In this document: one piece after another, positions 47,651-64,000 of the stretch
Layout: the number at the start of each line of letters is the position of its first letter
How positions within the stretch are numbered: position 1 is the first letter of the stretch
Source of the DNA: Octopus sinensis
Lineage: Eukaryota
Length of the DNA: 64,000 bases
Direction: 5' to 3'
Assembly: GCF_006345805.1 (NCBI RefSeq)
Contig: NC_043000.1
Location: forward strand, 2,108,001-2,172,000
The notes under the pieces: model-generated
Databases searched by the model: none
Seen by the model: only the letters and a program-made list of their open reading frames with translations
What the model was told of the DNA's origin: nothing
Program-made: the position numbers and the translations under genes

Positions 47651-48364
47651 TTAACTTTTGGCATTTTTATGTATGGTTTCCAAGTTTTGCTTATTTGTTT
47701 TTGATGCTAGAGAGGAGACCCTTAATCGTTATTGTCATCATTAACATCTACTTTTTCATGCTTGCATGGGTCAGATGGGGTTTGTTGGGGCATATTTTCT
47801 ACACCTAGATGCCCTTCCTAAAGTCACCTTTCACATGTTTATAAGGAAGGTAATGTTTTCTATGGTTGGACATATTTTTCATGGAAGACTGGAAATGAAC
47901 AACATGCTTATTCACAACATCATGTGATGTCAAGATAAGAGTACAAATACACATACCTACAAGAAGCTTTTTTTCAGTTTCTATCTACCGAATCCACTCA
48001 CACAGCTTTGGTTGGCCCAGGGCTATAGAAGACACTGTTCATTTCTTAAGGCACCATGCAATTGGACGGAACCCAAGACCATATGATCAGGAAGCAAGCT
48101 TGTTAGCCACACATTTATAGGTGTTGGTAAGGTTGTATTAAGATCCACAGAGGCCTTAAGCACTTAAAAGATTTTAGTGCCCCAATATATAAGTAATTCA
48201 AAATATAAACGATAAACCATACTTCATTCTATTATTATCTTTTATTATGAAAGGCAAAGTTGACGATGAGATTTAAACCCATAGTATATAGCGCCAGAAC
48301 AAATGCTAAAAGCCCCCCCCCCTTCTAACAATGCCATTGGTTTGCCACCTTTATAATTTTTTCT

Positions 48365-48769
48365 GATTTAGGCTCAAGGCCAGCAGTTTTTGAGAGGAAG
48401 GGGTTAGTTGCTAACACTGATCCCAATACTTGACTGGCTGAAACGTTAGCACGCCGGGCGAAATGCTTAGCAGTATTTCGTCTGCGTTACGTTGTGAGTT
48501 CAAATTCCGCCGTGGTCGACTTTGCCTTTCATCCTTTCGAGGTCGATAAATTAAGTACCAGTAACGCACTGGGGTCGATGTAATCGACTTAATACCTATG
48601 TCTGTCCTTTTTTGTCCCCTCTGTGTTTAGCCCCTTGTGGGTAATAAAGAAATTGGTATGTCATTTTATCAACCTTGGCGGAGTGGGGTGGTGGGGTGGA
48701 AGGCAAAGTTAACCTTGAAAGTCAGAATATAATCAGAAGAAAATACTGTTTTGCTAATTCACCATCCTT

Positions 48770-48805
<36 letters not shown>

Positions 48806-49690
48806 ATTTCAAATTTTGGAACAAGGCTAGCAATTTTTGGGAAGGAGGTAAGTCAATTGCATTGACCCCAGTGCTCAACTGGTACTTACTTTATCAACCC
48901 TGGAAGGATGCAAGACAGGCAGCTTTGGCAGAATTTGAACTGAGAATGTAAAGATAGACGAAATGCAGGTAACCATTCTGCCAACTGACCACCTTAGTAG
49001 TAGTAGTAGTAGTAATAGTAGTAATCCTTTCTTTTATAAACACAAGGCCTGAAATTTTGGTGGGGAGGGGGCAAGTCGATTACATTTTACTGGTACTTAA
49101 TTTATCGATTCCAAAATGACGCAAGGCAAAGTCAACCATGGCAGAATTTGAACCCAAAACGTGAAGACAGATGAAATACTGCTAAGCATTTTGCCCAATG
49201 TGCTAACGACTCAGCCAGCTCACTTTATTGTAGTAGTAGTAGTAATAATAATGATTTCAAATTTTGGCACAAGGTCAGTAATTTTGAGGGATGCATCAAC
49301 CTCAGTGCTCAACTTGAACTTATTTGATCAGTTCTGAAGGGACAGAAGGCAAAGCCAACCTCGGCAGAATTCAAACTCAGAATGTGAAGGGCAAGAAGAA
49401 ATGCTGCTAAGCTTCATCCGATGCACCAGTGATTCTGGCAGTACCCCATCTTAATAATACTTTCTACTATAGGCACAAGGCTTGAAATTTTTGGAGAGGG
49501 GGTAGTCGATTACATTGACCCCCCCAATGCTCAATTGGTACAACTTTAGCTGCCCCAAAAGGATGAAAGGCAAAGTCAGCTCCAGTGGCATTTGAACTCA
49601 GAATGTAAAGACAGATGAAAAGCCACAAAAGTATTTTGTCCGGCATGCTAACAATTCTGCTAGCTCACCATTTCCCCCCACCTTAATAAT
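48365..49690. mobile_element. Cluster of ~6 family-C SINEs separated by (TAG)n/(TAA)n
   Basis: Young + copy at 48428-48655; four older - copies at ~48805, 49020, 49250 and 49455, each with ggatgaaaggcaaagtc-type and gaatttgaactcaga blocks. Confidence 0.8.
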
Positions 49691-49869
49691 AATTATGAAG
49701 TATATAGTTCCTAATTAAGGTAAGTGTGAATTTTCAAAAAAAGATGACAGCCTGATGGTGATAATGGATGTTCTCTGCAGAATATACAGAAATAATCTTA
49801 GTGTTTGGAGGGGGGCTTGTTGAAATATGAGGTCTCATATCTCCTATTGACTGTACACATCAAACAATA

Positions 49870-51090
49870 TTGTATGTATGATATATTGATATCATAGTCA
49901 TATCAATGTGTTGTTTATATACAACAGTATTGGTGTTTTATTTAAGTGATGTTTTAATTGATAGAGCCATGTCCATATGTGGTTTCAACACAGCAGTATT
50001 GCTTTCTGTATTATATACATATGTTGACAACTGTCTCAGTATCTAGTTTATACACAACACTATTGTTTTCTGTATTATATATGGGATGTTAATAACTGTC
50101 AATATGTGATTTATACACAGCAATAATTTCTGTATTATATCTGTATTTTAACTATATCAGTATGTGGTTTATACACAACAATATTGTTTTCTCTAATACT
50201 TACATGATGCAATGGTAACTATCAGCATGTAGTTTATACTCAACAATATTGTCTTGTGTATAATATATGTTGATATAATTGTTTTGATATGTGATTTATA
50301 TTCAACAATATTGACGCCTATATTTTATGAATTGGTACAGCTTTAACAAAGTATAGTTTATACATAGCAACATTGATGTTAGTATTGTATTTATGATGTA
50401 TTGAAAGAACCATATTGGTGTGTGGTTTATATATACACCAATATTAGTATCATTTATGGTAACAATATTTTTGGTACATTATCTCAACATTGGAACTAAC
50501 AGAAAGTGTAACATTTGAAAACCTTATGTTACCAGATAGATAATCTGTACTATATATTAATGGATAAGCTGTGTAAGGTGTATATTAATAGATAATGTAT
50601 GTATATAATTGGATAATCTCTGTAGTGTATTTTTAATAGATAATCTGTGTATATAATTGGATAATCTCTGTAGTGTATTTTTAATAGATAATCTGTGTAT
50701 ATAAATGGATAATCTATGTGATGTGTATTAAGATAATCTTTGATGTAGATAAAGATAATCTATGTGTAAATAAATGGATGTGTGTGTGTATATTAGCAAA
50801 TAATCTGAGTTATAAAGAGTTATTGTATATGTATACAAATAGTTAATCTACGTGGGGTATATTAATGGATAATCTATATGTATATAAATGGACAATGTGT
50901 GTTGTACTTAAATTGGATAATGTGGCTGGTGTATATTGCTAGATAATCTTTGTATATAAATGGATAATCTGTGGTGTATATAAATGTATGTGATGTATAT
51001 TAACGGATTATCTATGTCTATAGCAAATGGACAATTTGCGTGTGGTATATAGACTGGATAATCCGTGTTGAATGTTAAAAGATAACATAT
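49870..51090. repeat. Two adjacent degenerate AT-rich minisatellites
   Basis: ~58-bp unit tgtggtttatacacaacaatattgttttctgtattatat (49870-50460); ~27/54-bp unit with tggataatct..gtgtatata (50540-51090). Confidence 0.75.
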
Positions 51091-51429
51091 GAATATACGG
51101 TGTTATTTCTACCTAAATAGATGCTGAAGTCCTGTACATGCTAAAGACAAGACCAACGTGTAAAGAAATTGTATAGCTAATATCTCACTTGTACTTGCTA
51201 AACTTAATCACCATTCATTCATCTTATCCTATGAGCACTAAAATCACCAGTCCATGGAACTTGTGTACAATGAATATTATATAGACATATGTAGATGGAG
51301 GTGTGTGTATGTACACACGAACATGTGGTACTTACAAACGTTCACTTATTTGCTTTGGAGTCAGAATGAAAAAAAACAAAAAACAACTGCAAACACAGAC
51401 ATAGCGAAAGATGCATTCACGTTACTCAT

Positions 51430-57350
<5,921 letters not shown>

Positions 57351-57387
57351 TGTCCCACTGCTTGTCTATCTGTTGTTTGTATATATA

Positions 57388-57620
57388 GGCGGCGAGCTGG
57401 CAGAAACGTTAGCACGCCGGGCGAAATGCATAGCCGTATTTCATCTGCCGTTGAGTGTTCTGGGTTCAAATTCCGCCGAGGTCGACTTTGCCTTTCATCC
57501 TTTCGGGGTCGATAAATTAAGTACCAGTTACGCACTGGGGTCGATGTAATCGACTTAATCCCTTTGTCTGTCCTTGTTTGTCCCCTCTATGTTTAGCCCC
57601 TTGTGGGTAGTAAAGAAATA
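57388..57620 (+). mobile_element. Family-C SINE, young
   Basis: aggcggcgagctggcagaaacgttagcacgccgggcg..gtaaagaaata. Confidence 0.9.
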
Positions 57621-57856
57621 TATATACATAGAGCTTTGTAAATATATATGAGGGTAAATCAAAAATCATATACACACTCTTGTTACTGTAATTTATTAAA
57701 ACAAAAGCAGGAGTTAAGCAATTACATAATTTTCAACATCTTCTCCTTACTTTTTGGTGCACTTTTTCCATCGATCCACAAGCTTGCTTATTGCACTGGA
57801 GAAGAAAGTTTTCAGTTGGTCATGCGGCCTTTTATGCACCAGTTCCTGCACTTCTT

Positions 57857-58379
57857 CATCATCATCATCATCATCGTTTAACGTCCGTTTTCCGCGCTAG
57901 CAGGGGTTGGACGGTTTGCCCGGGGTCTGGGAAGCCAGGGGCTGCTCCAGGCTCCAGTCTGATCTGGCAGAGTTTCTACAGCTGGATGCCCTTCCTAATG
58001 CCAACCACTCCGTGAGTGTAGTGGGTGCTTTTTACGTGCCACCTGCACAGGTGCCAGGGGGGGGGTCCGGCATCGGCCACGATTGGTTGGAGCTTTTAAC
58101 GTGCCAGCGGCACGGAAGCCAGCCAAGGCGGCGCTGGCAACGTTCGGATGGTGCTTTTTATGTGCCACAGGCACAGAAGCCAGTTGGAGCGGCGCTGGCA
58201 TCGGCCACATTCGGATGGTGCTTTTTATGTGCCACCGGCACAGAAGCCACTCGGGGCGGCGCTGGCATCGGCCACGTTCGGATAGTGCTTTTTATGTGCC
58301 ACCGGCACAGGCATCACAACTACTATTTCCATTGATATTTATTTCGACGTTCATGTTCATGTACTTGACTCAACCGACG
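57857..58379 (-). mobile_element. RTE 3'UTR fragment (5 hairpin units) nested in the mariner
   Basis: Removal rejoins tacaggtgaa/gaagtgcaggaa of the transposase; short ttca duplication. Confidence 0.9.
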
Positions 58380-58725
58380 TTCACCTGTAGCAAATCAACG
58401 ACCTCATAAAGGATGTTTGGGCAGTCCAAAGAGCTAATAGTTGGAAGGGGCAAGATCTGGATTATATTCAAGGTGTTCCAGCAAATTGAAACCCAGCTTT
58501 GAAATGGTTTCAACAGTGTGGATGGTCATATATGGGTATGTTTTGTCATACAACAATAACACATCCTTTGACAGTAGACCTTGGCATTTGGTATAAATTG
58601 TTGGTTTCAGTTTGTTGGGTAGTATTTCACTGAAGACCCTTTCTCTAGGTAATGTTCCAGTATAGGCACTTTTGCATCCCCCAAAAATGGTTAGCATCAC
58701 TGCGGAAGGTTGAGTCTCAAATATC

Positions 58726-58957
58726 TGTTTCTTTATTACCCACAAGGGGCTAAACATAGAGGGGACAAACAAGGACAGACAAACGGATTAAGTCGATTAC
58801 ATCAACCCCAGTGCGTAACTGGTACTTAATTTATCGACCCCAAAAGGATGAAAGGCAAAGTCGACCTCGGCAGAAATTGAACTCAGAACGTAATGGCAGA
58901 CGAAATATGGCTACATATTTCGCCCGGCATGCTAACGGTTCTGCCAGCTCACCGCCT
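58726..58957 (-). mobile_element. Family-C SINE nested in the mariner, 16-bp TSD
   Basis: ttgagtctcaaatatc (58710-58725) and ttgagtcttaaatatc (58958-58973). Confidence 0.9.
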
Positions 58958-59577
58958 TTGAGTCTTAAATATCGTCTTTACTGATGATTCTGAGTGTTTC
59001 CTCTCCGTTTGGATTCTAGCTCAAAGTAATGGACCCAGGGCTCATATTCTATGGCTATTCTTTCCCCAAAAGCTTTGCCTCTATCATTGTAGTGGTCGAG
59101 TAAGCTTTGACAGATCTCCACATGATTGCACTTACGCACTTTGGTAAGATCTCTTGGCATCCATCTCGCACAGACTTTATGAAAGCATAGATTGTCATGG
59201 ATGGTTTCATATGTAGAGCCATTACTAATTTGCAGGGAATATGCTCCTTCATCAATGGCCACTTGTCAGTTCATCAGAACTATCTCTCAAGCATGTTGAA
59301 TCATCGCATTAGTGGTAGAGGTTAATGGGTGTCCTGCTCCCTGATCTTGATTCATGCTTATCCAGCCATTTTTGAACTTCTCAGTCCATTCATTTGCACT
59401 TTTACATAGTAGAGCGCTGCCCCCATATTGTACTGATTGTCTAAGATTTTTCCCAACCCCTGACATACCTTCATACCAGTGAAATCAGATCATTGATTGC
59501 TGTTCTTTGGTGCACACTGCCAGCAGAGTGGCTGTATTTACTCAGTAACACAAGAAAGGAAGCTATATATATGCATA

Positions 59578-59947
59578 TATCATCATCGTCATCATCATTG
59601 TTTAGCGTCCGCTTTCCATGCTAGCATGGGTTGGACTATTTGACTGAGGACTGGTGAACCAATGTTTTTTCACGTGCCACCAGCACAAGTGCCAGTAAGG
59701 TGACACTGGTAACAATCACCCTCGAATGGTGCTTTTTACGTGCCACCAGCATGGAAGCCAGTTAGCCGCTCTGGCAACGATCATGCTCAGATGGTGCTCT
59801 TATGCATATATAAGATTAATCAGCCGAAATTGCTAAGATGATCTGGTTCTTGACTGATGACTGAGGGCTTCGAATGTCCCGTCCTGTGGTTCTTGTGTCA
59901 TCTCTTTGGTGTTTCATGTTCTTGTCCATGTCTGTAATTATTGTTAC

Positions 59948-59992
<45 letters not shown>

Positions 59993-60410
59993 TCATCATC
60001 ATCATCATCGTTTAGCGTCCGTTTTCCATGCTAGCATGGGTTGGACGGTTCTACTGGGGTCTGTGAAGCCAGAAGGCTTCATCAGGCCCAGTCAAATCTG
60101 GCAGTGTTTCTACGGCTGGATGCCCTTCCTAACGCCAACCACTCCGTGAGTGTAGTGGGTGCTTTTTACGTGCCACCCGCACAGGTGCCAGACAGAGCTG
60201 GCAAACAGCCACGAACGGATGGTGCTTTTTATGTGCCACCGGCACGAGGGCCAGGCGAGGCTGGCAATGAACACGAACGGTTGGTGCTTTTTACATGCCA
60301 TCGGCACGAGGCCAGTCGGGGCGGCGCTGGCAACGGTCGCGAAACGGAAGGTTCTCTTACATGCCACCGGCACTGGTAACACATCTGCAATTTCCATTGA
60401 TCGATTTCGT
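59578..60410 (-). mobile_element. Two RTE 3'UTR fragments (59578-59800 and 59989-60410)
   Basis: (CAT)n tails, tttagcgtccg..catgctagcatggg, hairpin units. Confidence 0.85.
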
Positions 60411-60778
60411 GCATATGCATATATAGGTGCATATGCATATATAGGCACAGGACATCACAACAGAAAACCATGAAATATGAAAACTAATGAGTTAAATATG
60501 CAAACAACGAGAGAGAAAATAGAAAACAGGACAAGTAACACAAAGAATGACCCTTCATCAGTTGTTGGCTGTCTATCTACTCCTCATTTCAAGCACTGAA
60601 TGACAATATGACATCAATGCGTAATATGATACAATAAGTACAGTATGTATAAGTGAATATAAATAAATAAATATAAATATAAATATAAACTACGTCTTAC
60701 AGCTGTTTCAGCCATGCAGATATGGGTATCTCATTATGCTCCTATTAGCCAGATATGATAAGTGCGTATACCCATACT

Positions 60779-60826
<48 letters not shown>

Positions 60827-60993
60827 CATACACACATATACATAATAATATACAACAATATACATACATATGTTTTATATTCAAGGTTACAGTTGGTCAA
60901 ACAATATATTAGAATATTACATTATACAAACATACACATATCTATATTCAAATGCACATATACAAAGTCAAGAGTTCATATATGTGTATATAT

Positions 60994-61772
60994 ACCTGGG
61001 ACGAGGTGGTGAAGCACGACTTTCGAACTTTAGGTCTCACCAAGGAAATGACTAGAGACCGAGCCCTATGGAAGTATACTGTGCGTGAGAAGACCCGGCA
61101 AGACTAGTGAGACCATAACCCGTGGCCTCTACCTGGTATGTAGCCAGTCGACTTATACATACCTTTCCTTCTTGGGACACAAAACTCCACTTGTGAAGAC
61201 CCGTTGAGGCAAGTGAAAATCAAAATCAAAATCAAAATCAAACCAAATAAAATCAGATATCAGAAAGCAGAACCAAAATCGAAGTCGATCAACATCAATG
61301 GAAATTGCAGCTGTGATACCAGTGCCGGTGACAAGTAAGTGAACCATCCGATCGTGGCCGTTGCCAGCCCCGCCCCGACTGGCCTCCGTGTCGGTGGCAC
61401 GTAAAAGGTACCATCCGTTCGTGGCCGTTGCCAGCCTCGCCTGGCCCCCGTGCTGGTGGCACGTAAAAAGCACCATCCGATCGTGGCCATTTGCTAGCCT
61501 GGCCTGGCCCCCGTGCCGGTGGCACGTAAAGAGCACCATCTGTCCGTGGCTGTTTGCCAGCTCCGTCTGGCACCTGTGCGGGTGGCACGTAAAAAGCACC
61601 CACTACACTCACGGAGTGGTTGGCGTTAGGAAGGGCATCCAGCCGTAGAAACGCTGCCAGATCAGACTGGGCCTGATGCAGCCTTCAGGCATCACAGGCC
61701 CCAGTTGAACTGTCCAACCCATGCTAGCATGGAAAGCGGACGCTAAATGATGATGATGATGATGATGATGAT
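60994..61772 (+). mobile_element. 5'-truncated RTE LINE: ORF C-terminus plus complete ~660-bp 3'UTR
   Basis: 60994-61107 translates TWDEVVKHDFRTLGLTKEMTRDRALWKYTVREKTRQD* (RTE-type C-terminus TW..D....GL..DR..W), then (AAAATC)n, 4-5 hairpin units and a (GAT)n tail. Confidence 0.9.
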
Positions 61773-61968
61773 GTTTGTATATATATATGTATATATATAT
61801 ATGCATATATATAACGTGCATATATGTACATATATATGCATGTATAAATATATATATATGGATATATACATATATATGCATATATATTTATGTATGCATA
61901 TATATATATGGATATATAAATATATATATGCATATATATGAATATATGTATGTTTGTATTTATATATG

Positions 61969-62002
<34 letters not shown>

Positions 62003-62073
62003 TGTATGCATGTATGTGTATTTATTTATATATGTGTATATATGTATATATATGTTTATATATATGTGCATGT

Positions 62074-62117
<44 letters not shown>

Positions 62118-62271
62118 TATATATGTATGCATATATATATATGTATGTATGTATATAAGACTTACTTGGAAAAGGATGAGATCATATAATAATATTATTA
62201 ATATATAAATACATGCATATATATGTACATACATGTGCTTACCTACATATATATGTATATATATAGACATA

Positions 62272-63640
62272 TATGGTTACAGGTCATCTCAAAAACGTAG
62301 ACAGCATGAGAAACGATAACATAAATAACAAAAATAAAAAAGAAACTTTTTTTCGAACAATGAAAAAATAACAGAGAATGAGACATGTAAAATTAAGAAC
62401 ATTCCCTTCATCAGTTGTCATGTGTTTTATCTACTCCTTTATTTTTGAAGTTATGGACAAGACTCTACTTCATTAAAACAGTCCTTCATGCAAAGCAAAT
62501 TAAATAAATTTCAGGATTCTTTTGCAGTGTATGAAAGTGGTAACAAAAACAGGACAGTGAGGAAGAACAGTAAAGACAAATGGTGAGGTCTGTTAAGCGA
62601 AGATAATGTGAAGTTGTAAATGCTGGAAAAAACGAGCTTTGAGAAGAGACTGATAAAAGCATGTCTTATTTTTAGGAAGGAAGTGGAAGAAAGAAAGGAT
62701 GGCCGTTGGTCACGTGTGAGCAACAAGAGAGTCAAGGAGGCAGAGTGAGAGAGAGAGAGAGGGAACTGTGAAGGGGAGAGGAGAAGAATAGGGAAAGGGT
62801 GGGAGAGAAAAACAGAAAAGAATAAGAATAAGAGAGGGAGATAGACAGAAAAGAGATAGAATAAGTGTGCGCATTATAATTATTAAGGTAAAACTTATTT
62901 GCAAAAGTATGTGTGGTGTTCGATCATATAATAATATAAATAATATATAAATATATGCATATATACATATATGCACATACCTACATATATATGTATATAT
63001 ATGTACAGTCCAACCCATGCTAGCATGGAAAGCGGACGCTAAACGATGATGATGATGATGATGATGATATATATACATGCATATATGGTACAGGACATCA
63101 ACAAAATGTAGATAAAATGAGAAACGAGAACATAGAATACAAAAACAGAAGATGAACTTTTTTCCGAACAACGAAAAAAAAACAGAGAAACGAGACATAA
63201 AGAACATTCCCTTCATCAGTTGTCCTCTGTTTTATCTACTCCGTATTTTGAAGGTAAGGACAAGACACGTCTTCGTTAAAACTGTCCTTCCTTGCTAAGC
63301 AATTTAAATAAAATTTGGGATTTTTTGCAGAGTGTGAAAGTGGTACAAATGGTGAGGGCTGTTAAGCCAAGACGATGTGAAGAGGTGAACGGTGGATAAA
63401 CAAGCTTTGAGAAGAGACAGACGAAAGCACATCTTGTCTTTAGGAAGGAAGTGGAAGACAGAAAGAATGGCCGTTGGTCACGTGTGAGCAACGAGAGAGT
63501 CAAGGAGGAAGAGTGAGAGAACTGATGAAGGGAATGTTCTTAATGTTGCTTGTCTCATTTTTCTGGTTTCTTTCATTGTTCACAAAAAACGATTGTTTTC
63601 TATTTTCTATGTTTTTGTTTTATGTTCCATTTCTAATTAT
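62272..63640. mobile_element. Two tandem diverged copies (62272-62750, 63085-63520) of a TA-inserted element plus an inverted terminal segment; possibly Penelope-like ends
   Basis: Collinear blocks cattcccttcatcagttgtc..ggaaggaagtggaaga..tggccgttggtcacgtgtgagcaac; aagaacattcccttcatcagtt (63200-63221) is inverted at 63520-63541; shorter relatives at ~10375, 18570 and 60440. Confidence 0.6.
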
Positions 63641-63777
63641 ATTATGTGTGTGTGTGTGTGTGTATAAATATATGCATCTATATATCCATATATATATACA
63701 ATATATATATATATATCTATATTATATATAGATATATTATAATATATCTATATATATATGTATATATATATATATAT

Positions 63778-63827
<50 letters not shown>

Positions 63828-63941
63828 ATATGTATATATATATATATGATATATTATATATATATGTATATATATATATATGTGTATTATATATATATTA
63901 TATCATATATATATATGTATATATATATATGTATATATATG

Positions 63942-63973
<32 letters not shown>

Positions 63974-64000
63974 CATACTATATATACATACATATATATA
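63640..64000. repeat. (TA)n compound microsatellite (a similar tract lies at 61775-62270)
   Basis: Direct inspection. Confidence 0.95.

Larger units (their letters stand above)
57647..59540 (-). mobile_element. Decayed full-length mariner transposase element with two nested insertions
   Basis: Minus fragments in order: CTKEQ..(HTH region)..HKVCARWMPRDLT (WVPHEL-like), EPWVHYFELESK (D1 region), LLLYDK (HDNA), EHLEYNPDLAPSNY (YSPDL), ..EVQELVHK..ISKLVDRWKKC. Candidate terminus tatgagggtaaatcaaaaa at 57647; the other TIR was not found. Confidence 0.85.

Noticed and set aside
57990-58320. CRISPR-like look of the hairpin repeats with intervening sequence
   Set aside because: The intervening segments are homologous to each other, the array is part of an RTE 3'UTR, and there are no cas genes

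Overview
Repeat-saturated, AT-rich animal genomic DNA. The SINE families and the very high microsatellite density point to an Octopus-type cephalopod; this is an inference. No host protein-coding gene can be established, and nearly all ORFs in the supplied track are translations of microsatellites or SINEs. Recognisable content: (1) a near-complete, decayed mariner transposase element (57647-59540, -) broken by two nested retroposons; (2) a 5'-truncated R4/Dong-type RLE non-LTR retrotransposon sitting in a (TAA)n tract (16447-17652, +) and a much older relative near 24.9 kb; (3) many 5'-truncated RTE LINE copies whose long 3'UTR carries a variable-copy hairpin array; (4) several modular tRNA-derived SINE families, which I label A, B, C, E and F for convenience; (5) TA- and TTAA-flanked MITEs and fold-back elements; (6) a full-length U6 snRNA pseudogene split by an RTE insertion; (7) at least five unrelated minimal type-I hammerhead ribozyme motifs of the Penelope-like-element kind, one at the apex of an ~80-bp fold-back element. 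Repeat boundaries were read by eye and are approximate (about +/-10 bp) unless a TSD or TIR is quoted.
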